From: Macrostomum hystrix
Taxonomy: Eukaryota; Animalia; Platyhelminthes
DNA: 64,000 nt
NCBI GenBank assembly: GCA_950097015.1
Contig: CATNEN010000008.1
Coordinates: 3,720,001 to 3,784,000, forward strand
Reading direction: 5' to 3'
Shown: piece after piece, positions 10,618-20,900 of the stretch
How positions within the stretch are numbered: position 1 is the first letter of the stretch
Layout of the letters: each line of letters begins with the position of its first letter
Notes under the pieces: model-generated
What the model was told of the DNA's origin: nothing
The model's database searches: none
The model's input: the letters and a program-made list of their open reading frames with translations, nothing else
Made by a program: the position numbers and the translations under genes

Positions 10618-13300
10618 ATGATGCCGCTGCCGCTGCTGCCGCTGCTGCTGTTCTCCTCGTTTTTAGTAGCAACATCTGTCACAGATAATTCATGTGAGTT
10701 CGCTTTACAAAAAAATGATCGTAGTTCGTTCGATATAGACTTGTGGCAGAAAAACAGTTTTTCTATAACATTTTCTCTGCAGGTGAGTTTCCCATTCGCC
10801 GGGGTCGAGTGCTGAGTTCGTGGCAGTCATCGGACTTTGACGGCCAGCTCTGCTTCCATAATAAGTCGAGTTACTCAGAGAACGCAGACTTAAACAGCGT
10901 AAGGTTCAGCTTTAGATTTTTTCACAGCTCTAACAGCAGCCAAGCAGATGGTGGATTTCACTGGTTCGGAGTGCAGCTGAATGAGTCTGTGCTCATCAAA
11001 TCGGTCACTGTGAAGGGCAGAGAAGGTAGGCAGGAAAGTGTAGAATATGCAAGTAGGTCTACGTACACCGCTTCAACGCACTGCCGTCACATTTCAGATG
11101 GAGCCAGATATATCTACCCCAGAGCGGAAGGTATTGAGATCTGGGTATCAGACAGCAGCCGTGAAATATTCTCAGGCGATCACTGCAGATCGAGCAACAT
11201 TAACAGACAGTTTGAGGAGTCTCGGTTGCTATGGAGACGGTGCGGCACTACACAGAGAAAACATCAGGAAATTTTGGCTGGTGAAAACTTCACTGTGGAA
11301 TGCACCGCTAGTGTAAGAGCTTTAATAAAGGACTCGCCTATTCACATACCGCATATAGCAGCTGAAATTATGGAATTCGTTGAATAACCCGCAGGTCCGC
11401 CAACTGCTACTCCGCAAGGACGTCACGCGAGCTGATCCCAACACCTATCTTGACTTCATGAGCTTCGCTGATCTCAGGCTTCAGAGATTGCAACTAAGTA
11501 GACAAACAGTTTTGTTACAGATTAAATCATTCATTTTCTATAGTAGTACTTAGTAAAGTTGGCCAGCTTTTGTTGACTAGAAGGACATATATAATATATA
11601 TAAGAGGGTCGTAGCCAAGGGGTTAGAGTGTCGGACTAACGACTTGAACGTCGGGGGTTCGATTCGCGACTACACTGGAATATTTTGTCTACTAGTCACT
11701 TAACTCTGCAAATGGTTACCCGCATTAGCTGGTGCAATCGAGGGTGTGTGTGGCGTCCCCCAGTCCATGGACTGAACAGCTGTACGCAACCTTCAGATGC
11801 ACCGTGCAATAGCTGCGGCTGTGCTTTGGGCTGCAGGAGGAATAAAAAATTAAAATAAAATATGACACACTTCCTCGCCTCGCTCAAATTTCAGTGATTT
11901 CTTCAGATCAGGTGGTGGCCGTCAACTCGAGTTTCATTGTGTTCTGCGAGCAGCTCTGCAACAGCTCACAGCTGTTATCAAACTCAAGCGGACTCCAGCT
12001 CTGCCTTCCAAATGGAACCTGCCTGACAGAGCACAAGATTGCAGTGTCTCGAGCGCTGCCTCAGCACTCTGGAAAATACACTTGCAGGCTGGGGTCTGTC
12101 AAGAACCACACCTCAGTCACCGTGCTGTGTGAGTGGGCCATCAGATTCTTTCTTATGAGTTCCGTAAATTCGAAGAAAATGTGATTATCCAGCATGGCAA
12201 TCTCACCCGCAGACCCACCAAGTGGTGTTTCAATATCATTCACTAATAGCTGTAGGCGTAAATCTAATCAGCAAGTATGGTTTCGATCTTCTGCATCTTC
12301 GCCGGTGCCTGAGCACAGGTGCAGCGCTTATTCTGATGGAGTTCGAAAGAAACAGCTGCGACTCATATCCCAGGTGATCAATTTTTATCGTTGATTGAGG
12401 AGGAGCGACCAATGGCTCACTGAGTGACTTAACAAATAACTCATTGAGTGACTGACCAATGACTTACTGAGTGACTGACCAATGGCTCACTGAGTCAATG
12501 ACCAATGACTCACCGAGTGACTGACCAATGACTCACCGAGTGACTGACCAATGACTCACCGAGTGACTGACCAATGACTCACCGAGTGACTGACCAATGA
12601 CTCACCGAGTGACTGACCAATGACTCACCGAGTGACTGACCAATGACTCACTGAGTGACCTGATGTTTCAGCAATCAGACAAGGAAGGCGCCGTCAGCTT
12701 GTGGTCACTCGCAGAGTTCGATGTCCCTCGTGAGGAACTGAGCAGTGTTCTCAGCATCGCTTGCACAGCTACTCAGACTCTGCCGATAGGAGTTCCGTTT
12801 GAGCCCGTCCGCAGTGCCAGAGCTCAGCTCAGCTGTTCTCCGACATCCTGGCTGGCTGAAGTGACCGACGGGCTGAAGTACTTCGCCTCTGGATTCGGGT
12901 CAGGATTCGTCACTGCGGTCGTCATGGCCTGCGTGTTCTGCAGAGTGAGCCCTCAATGCAGTGCTCCAGTTTGCTGTCTGTGCTGAAGTCAGAAGATTCT
13001 CAAACTCTTAAAGCTATTTCAGGTGGCAGCAGCCAGGGGCTCTCAGACTGCTCAGTTCTGCTGGGGACAACCTCGCGAAGACTCAAGACGTCGTGCGGCT
13101 GAGAAGATCGGCATGGTGAGCAGACTGTCATGAGATGAGAGTTATGATTCCTATAGATTAGTTGCTACAGCGAGGTGTCACACCTGGCCCCTGTTTGACT
13201 TCAGGCGGGTCGAGACCGAAGAACGACATTGGTCGATGGACTCACGGCTCGAACTGTCGCTGTTTCGAATGCCCACACTGAAGAATTTTTGTATGAGTAG
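10618..13300 (+). CDS. Type I membrane protein: signal peptide, F-type-lectin/galactose-binding-like domain, two Ig-like domains, TM helix, short tail (517 aa)
   Basis: Exons 10618-10693, 10783-11312, 11395-11497, 11907-12128, 12213-12373, 12672-12944, 13023-13115, 13205-13300. All junctions are GT-AG with compatible phases (1,0,1,1,0,0,0), total 1554 nt ending in TAG. Signal peptide MMPLPLLPLLLFSSFLVATS; Ig motif HSGKYTCRLG..TSVTVLYPP; TM FASGFGSGFVTAVVMACVFC. A probable 5'UTR intron (cag|gtaaga ~10257 to attacag|10567) lies upstream. Confidence 0.75.
11604..11835 (+). mobile_element. tRNA-derived CORE-like SINE, copy A (internally deleted), in intron 3 of the lectin-Ig gene
   Basis: A-box TAGCCAAGGGG, B-box GGTTCGATTC, and body aligning to the copy at 52431 (GTGGCGTCCCCCAGTCCATGGACTGAACAGCTGTACGCA.CCTTCAGATGC...GCTGCGGCTGTGCT). 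A-rich tail follows. Confidence 0.85.
12410..12660. repeat. 23-bp minisatellite (GACTGACCAATGACTCACCGAGT) filling intron 5 of the lectin-Ig gene
   Basis: Period 12541->12564. Confidence 0.93.
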
Positions 13301-13540
13301 AAGCTGCAAACTGCAACTGGAGTTTATGAGGCCGGATCTGAAAAAAATGTATGCTTAGGATGCCCTCGAATTTCCATCTCCTAGGATCTGTAACTTCAAT
13401 ACTGGATATATTATAGCCATGATCTTATTAGCAGCTTTCTTAAAATAAGCATTAGAAAATGGGGTTTATATTGGCCTATTGCATGGTTAGAGCATCGAAC
13501 TTACAAATTAAAAGTTTGGGGACGGTAGCTTGGTTAATAG

Positions 13541-13612
13541 CATCCCCCACCCCAGTCCATGGACTGAAAAGCAGTGCGCAGCCTTCAGATGCGCCGCAGT
13601 GCAGTAGTTGTC
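13541..13612 (+). mobile_element. 3' fragment of the CORE-like SINE
   Basis: CCCCAGTCCATGGACTGAAAAGCAGTGCGCAGCCTTCAGATGCGCCGC aligns with 52615-52665. Confidence 0.7.
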
Positions 13613-14220
13613 TTCGTATCTGGCCTAATCGAAGCAGGTGTACGCTCGTAATAAACAAGGCATGATTGAGGCTCCACCATGCGGGCCCACTTAATAACAT
13701 GTATAGGCTGACTCTTGCTTCTAATGCTCCATATGAATTATTTTTCGTTATTGTTTCTCTATCCAAGCACGCAGGAACTTAAAAGTCCTGTGAGTACTAC
13801 TTATTGTTTATTCAGGCTACCAAAAAAATCCACTACGCTGTACGCTCCGTCACGCTTTAAACAATTTAGTTGATCCCAAATGCGAGTTGATTGTGAATAT
13901 AATTGCGTTAAAGTTATAGAGAAAATACGCTCGCACGTCGCTGCCATATATGATGTCCAGCCAATTAATAAGTAATGTTTTTACTTTCAAACTTCAATAT
14001 GCATGCATTCATGCAATGGCACGTATTATTTTTCCGAATCTACTTTTAGTTTTCATTTCCTAATGAGTTTTGTTAATAAGTGATGCTGCAGTGCATGGAT
14101 TTACTTTTGACAGTAAACACAGGAGAAGGATAAAAAGGAAGCTGAGATTTTTCAAGCTACATCTGAACCAAAGACTGCCCCAGAATAAAAATATAGACAT
14201 GACACCTAATATAATATAAT

Positions 14221-14300
14221 GACCCAGTTAGGCCAGATGTGCAGCGTGGCGTCCAAAAGGCTGCGTAAAGTTGTTTAGTTCATGGAGCGGGACGCCGACT
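14221..14300 (-). mobile_element. Diverged 3' fragment of the CORE-like SINE
   Basis: Reverse complement GGCGTCCC..CCATGAACTAAACAAC.TTACGCAGCCTT...GCTGCACATCTGGCCTAACTGGG matches the 3' end of the 52431 copy. Confidence 0.65.
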
Positions 14301-14972
14301 TGTTCTATCCTTCATCTTCTTCTCCTTCTACATCACACTTTTGGCATTCGTTCTCCGGTAAACTGCTACCAATTTGAGTTAGGTTTAAGCAGCAAAAGAC
14401 AGCAGCATTGGTGAAGGCATCAACTTGAGTTGGCAGCCTCATAAGAATAGAATATTCTTTTTAAAAGAGTAGCCTCAATAAGAATGTAGTTTTTTCATAA
14501 AGATCAATTGGCTGCCATTTTAAAGCAATCTTTTATCCGAGGGTAACTTGAAAAGTTGATAAAGCGTCTAATTGTCTTTGCTATAATCATTGGTAATTTT
14601 AGCGCGAATTTAATTTATTTGCACAAACATTCCAGATTGACTCTGGCACACTAACTTAAAACCATATTCTGTTGTTGTGCGGCAGTGTATCATTTAACCT
14701 AATTGATTTATGTTGCTTAAATTGCATGCAAGCAATCGCTCCACTTTTTTCAATTGTAGTGCTGATAATCACACACTGTTAGTTTAAGTTTAAAAGTTAT
14801 ATATTTTTAATTGTCTATACAACTTTTATTATCTGATTTGCTTTGAGACTAGCTAAGTTAAGTATTGTGGTTGACAATTTTTACCTTGAGTCCAAGCTAC
14901 TAAAAGGCACTTAAACGCGCTTTCTACACTTTTTTGTCCGCAAGTGTATATAAGAACAAGATCTCGTTTATA

Positions 14973-17900
14973 ATGTCAGAAATCCCAGATTATGATTCTT
15001 CTCATGAAGGATATGATTCACGAGTTAAAATCATATGTTTAGGTGACAGTGCTGTTGGAAAGTCAAAGTAAGTAAACTGAATTAAGAATCACTCTGTACT
15101 AAAAACCAATGTAAACCAACAATCTTGATAATATTTTATGTTTTTTATAAGCCTTGCTTTTGTTGGTCTTGGAATTTGAATAGGCTTATAAGCCAGGCTT
15201 ATAATGGAATATTAGCCTAGCTTTTTAGCTATGCCCTATCTATAGCCTATGCCCTTTCATCACCAGATCAAGTGATTGAAAAATGCATACCAAAACCAAC
15301 ACTATTTTCGTTTTGTTTGAAGCCAAATGTTTGCCTTATCTAGCATTGGATTGGAATATAAATATAAGATTAGTATTGAGCAGCTACAATTAGTAAGTAA
15401 GTAAGTAGATTAAATAGTCTACCTATTAGTTATAGTTTTATAAATTTTATGATTGTATTCTCCCCATTGGAATTTTTGCACAAGTACCAGGGGAGTGTAA
15501 AACTTTGGCTAAAAGAGCACCAAGCCAAGATAACAATATAGCTTTGTCCTATGCAACCCTAAAGGAAAAAATATGAAATTGTAGTGCTGCACTACACCAT
15601 GCCAAGCCATGCTGTCCCAATTGCACACAGTGCCAACCCTAATTTTCAAATATGCTTTTTCCTATAAGGCTTATTCTTATAAATTTCGTGATGGTTAATT
15701 AATTGGCCTGTCTTTCATTGTCCAATGTAGGGCCTATAGGCTCAAATTTCTATAAATTGTAAAAAAATTAAGAGCAGTTGGCCAAGAGCATTAACTATAA
15801 TAAATTTTTTGTTTGGCTAGCTTGTAAAGAAAATTGTTTGGGTCGGGTCTTATTTGAATTTGTTTTAGATGTTGGGCTCGTATGTGTAGCAGGATGTAGA
15901 AACTGGGTGTGGTCGCCAATTATTTTCTCTGAAAATAATAAAGTCGATAACAAGTAGCTACGGCAATCAGATTTGAAGTCAAGGTGAGCAATAATAAGTT
16001 AGTTAAGTAGTGCAATATGCTATAAACATGAGCAAGCGTTCGAACCATTGACTGCAACTGCATCTGTGACAATTTATAGCTAGTTGGGTATTTAACTATT
16101 AGTATTAACGTCAATGAATGATGCTTGTAGCTATGTGGTGACTCACGACACAGTAACCCAGCCCACAGTTGACCATCCAACCGTCCCAGTGTGACGCTCT
16201 TTCCATTTTGAATATATTTCTTATAAACTGAATAATAACAAAATAAGTAGACAACGTATGAACACACTACTACAATTACAGAATGAGGGACAGGTGTGGA
16301 AAATAATATAAATACAATATAAAACTAAGAAATTCTAAAGAAAGTACAATATTTAAAATCCGAGCCACAATTTCATTACAAATGCCCTCCCTGCGAAAAA
16401 AAACCAATGTCCTCTTTGGACTACTACAATACACTAAGAGCATACATTAACCGCATAATAGGCAAATGTTACGGATATAATGGGAAGCAGAACAACAAAC
16501 TACGGAACAGCAACAATGTTCAACAGCACATTTCTAGCCCAGAGACAAACACAAAATGCGCTTGGGAGAATGCAACTGCAACAGTACCAGCACAGAAAGC
16601 GAATCAACTGCACTCAAGTTGTGCACCATGACCAAGAAATGGCGGGGAAACCTTGAGGCAACGAGGCTTCAAACTGCGGAGCAATCCAACAGGGAAACAT
16701 GACAGGGAGAACAGACTTGCAACTCCTGCACATGCATCTGCAGTAGCAGCTCACCTCCGCAACACTACCAAAGGAAAGACTATGGTGCATTACATTCAGA
16801 AGTATGTGAATGAATACTCTAAACTTGACTACAATACATTCAAGGCTGTAAGTCTGCAAATTACAAATAACGAAATAGTAGATGAAATCAATTGTCAACC
16901 AAACAAAATCAAGATTGACGAACAACATTTATGATCATATTGAACAATATAAATGACACGGCACATAACAGAGGAACACTCTACAAACTTAGCACAAAAT
17001 CAACCAATACTAGGTTTTATCGAACAAAAGGAAAACACGCGGCAGATATTGGAAAAGAGAAACAATGCATTGATTGGGGTTAAAATATCTCAAACGAATA
17101 TTTTTGATAAGTCTACAACACGAACATGACCAACGCAAATCAAAATGGTATTTGGTTGAGGTGATAAAACAAAAAGCAAATATACACAGCAACGCTCAGT
17201 CAATAATTGTCAGTAGTCAAACACTAATCATGCAGTATTTGAAACGAGTTAATACAAACTCAAGCAACGAAGTTCGAATCTGGAACGAAACTATGTTAAT
17301 TATTAGCAATGGGACATAAATACATATAAATCTGACCTAATTGACTAGATCTATCCCTAGCCAAAAACGCACTAACTGACAATATTTCTAAACGCTATTA
17401 TTTGTTATGATTTATGATTGTTTTAAGTGGCTCTTCTTTTGACGACTTTAGGACACTCATTCATCCGTTTGAATGTCATCCTGCCAAAGACCTGGCAGCT
17501 GAGTTGCAGGTTGCACGACCAACTTCATCGCGCCCACGTGCACAATTTTCTTCTGGCCTCGATCTTCACCATGACGCAAAAACTTTACTACTTCATAATT
17601 CACTGGTGAGGTCCTTCGCACCACCCGGTAAGGTCCTGACCAGGGTGCGTGGTGTTTATGCGACCATCTGGAGTCCCGCTGTCTGAGCGCCAGTGGAGGC
17701 GTGAATATCCATACCAATGCATTCTCAGCAAACTTAGTTTTCTCTACTTTACGATCATAAAATTTCTTTTGAATTCGCTGAACGGCCTTGGTAGTCTTCC
17801 TGATCGATTCGTACGCCTCAATCAACCGTTCTTTCGTGTCCTGAGTGAACGAAGCAGGCGTCAAGGCAGGCTCCGGCTCTCTGTAAACTAAATCGATCGG

Positions 17901-20900
17901 CAACACCATTTCGTGACCAGTCAGAACGAAGTGCGGCGTAAAACCAGTCGATGCGCTAACAGAGCTTCGGTAGGCCATCAGGCAGTGCGGGATGACGTCT
18001 TCCCTGTCTTCGGGTTCGACCTTCTGAAGGTAGCATCTCAGCACGCCATGGAGAGTGCGATGAAAGCGCTCAACCAGGCCGTCACATTGCGGGTGGAATG
18101 CTGTCGTTCGAGTTTTCTGAATTTCGAAGATCTTACACAGGTTTCTAATGATCTTGCCGTCAATGCTCTGCCCTCGGTCCGAATGTAAAACGTGCGGCGC
18201 ACCATACCGATTGATCCAGTGCGTAAACAGTGCGTTCGCAATCGTTGCAGCCTTCTCATCGGGTAATGGTACGAGTTCGACCCATTTACTAAAATAATCT
18301 ATGATTGTCAATAATCGGTCGTTGCCGTGACGGGACGTGGCAATTTTAACGACATCGATGGCCACTCTCTGCATCGGAAATCCTGATGGCATCGGCCGGA
18401 GTGGAGCTTTGGCAGCTGACGTTGGCTTCGCCCGCTGGCACTGAATACACTCCCTTACACACAGGTTCACATCATCCGTCATCTTCGGCCAGTAGAACCG
18501 CTGCTTTATTGCTTCTGCCGTCTTAGCCACACCAAAATGACCTTGGGCATGAATTTCCTCGATCACCTCACGTCGTCTTTTAAACGGCAAAACTAGAACT
18601 GGTTTTGTTTTAACTAATCGATGCAAAATACCATTCACGAAGCACAAATCATCAACCTTACTCATCAAAACAAGACTTTCTGGTGACATTTTGGCCTTCT
18701 TGTCTTCCATTAGAACAGTCTCACCTCTCGCTAGCTTTCGAAATACTGGACTAATACCACCATCCTTTAACTGTAATTCTCTCGTCGATTCTCCATCTTC
18801 CTCCGTCTCAGCTTCACTACCCTCACCTTCGGTATCGGACTCTTCACCATCAGATGCGCGTGCCTCAAGCTGCTGTTTCCTTCTAGTCGCACCTACTGCA
18901 TTACACTCTACCTGCTCTGTACCTACGCTATCCGTCTGACATTCTGCATCTGCCCTGCCAGGCGTCTCTGGACGACACGCTTCACAAAATCTTGGACAAC
19001 GCGAAAGTGCATCCGCATTGGCATGCGTTCTGCCTGGACGATGGACCACTTCAAGATCAAACTCTTGCAACACTTCCAGCCACCTTGCTAGCTGACCGGT
19101 TGGCTCTTTAAAGCCTAGCAGGTGGTCAACTCTAACTTTGTGTGCCAGAGTGGTTTTATGCCCTAGGATCTTGATAGACTTAGAAGCAAATACGCATTTA
19201 TTTGGCTTTAATCTAAGATTAGCTTCTTTTAGACGGCGGAGGACTTTAGCAAGGTGGTTAGTGTGCTCTTCTAATGACCTTCCCATGACTACAATGTCAT
19301 CTATATAGACTAGACATGCTTCCCACTTCAGCCCTCGCAGCACCATATCCATCAGTCGCTGAAAGGTTGCTGGGGCATTTTTCAGACCAAATGGCATAAC
19401 CCGAAACTGATACAGGCCATGATGGCACAGAAATGCAGTCTTTTCACTGTCTTCTTGATCAAGTTCTACCTGCCAATAACCTGACTGCATGTCCATAACA
19501 GAAAAATGAACATTACTAGCTAGAGCATCTAAGGTATCATAATTCTTGGCAATGGATAGACGTCTGCCTTGGTAACAGCATTAAGCTTCCTGTAGTCTAC
19601 ACAGAATCTAAGAGTTCCATCTTTCTTCCGCACTAAGACTACCGCTGCCGCCCATGGAGATGCTGTTGGAACGATCACATTGTCTTGCAACATGCTATCT
19701 ATAATTTTCTTCTGCTCATTAATCGTCGGCAAATTTGTGCGTCTTAATGTCTATTTGACCGGCAATGCACCTCCGGTATCTATCTTGTGCTTTAGCAAAT
19801 CTGTTCTACATAAGTTACCATCTGAAGCAAAGACACACTCGAACTCTTTTAAAACTCTTCCTACTTCCTCAGTCTCATCTGCTGACAAATCTTTCGAGAT
19901 GTTTAACTTGACCTCACTTCCTCTTTGGGTACTTTCACTCTCTAATGAACTCTGTTTTCACCAGCGCTGCTCGCTGCACTCTGCCTAGAATCTAAACTTT
20001 CTCCTACAATGCATACCTGACCTTTCTGATCGAATGGAGTAAACTTCCCAACACTACTTCCTGCTCGTAATATAAGTTCTCTATCTACATTTACATTAAC
20101 CACTCTGATCTGCATTCCTTCCTCTCTAAGTAAATCAATACCTCTAGCTACTAATAGACCTGGAACACGATGATTTGGCTCTATTAAACCTGGTGCCAAG
20201 GATGCACCTGATTCTTTAGGCTTCAGTGATAATTGAACAGTTTGACCTGAAGGAATCGATATAGTCTCTGCGACAGCAAGAAGTTGAAACTTAGGAATTT
20301 CTAAAGTTTTTCTGATTAGAATTGATTTGTTTAAGTTATTAAAGGTAATTATCCCTAGTGCTGGATGCACAGACACGTTAAATTGCTGCATAAAGTCTAA
20401 GCCTATAATTACATTCTGTTGGACATTGCTGCAGACAAGTACCTCCTGCACAAAACTAAGCTGACCAAACGAGAAAGTTACTAGCTTCTTTCCTAAGACC
20501 TTTAGATTGTTTCCATTGGCTACTGTAAGCTGAACATCTGTTTTAGTAAGATTTGATCTAGGCTGATTAATAATGCTGCTTGAAACTATGGTAACACTAG
20601 AACCTGTATCTACAAGACAAGAAACTCTCTTAGATGAGACACTAGCTGACACATACATTCCTTTATCAAAATCTAAACTAAGGTTAATTCTCTCTACCCT
20701 ACTAGTAGACTGTTCTAAATTACATTCTTCGACTTCCTCAATTACATTCTTCAGAGCTGTGGGGCCATACGAGGTCCTGGTGGGAATCTGCCCCCTGATC
20801 CAGCCATGTAGCCATTTGGGCAGTTCCGCTGCAGGTGTCCTGGCTGTCTGCACTTGAAGCAAACTCTGCCCCATTGGCATGTTGGAAAGTTTGACTGTTG

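Noticed and set aside
10899-11056. Two tiny GT-AG introns (29 and 31 nt) in exon 2 of the lectin-Ig gene
   Set aside because: Removing them would shift the frame of the conserved WFGVQL segment between them.
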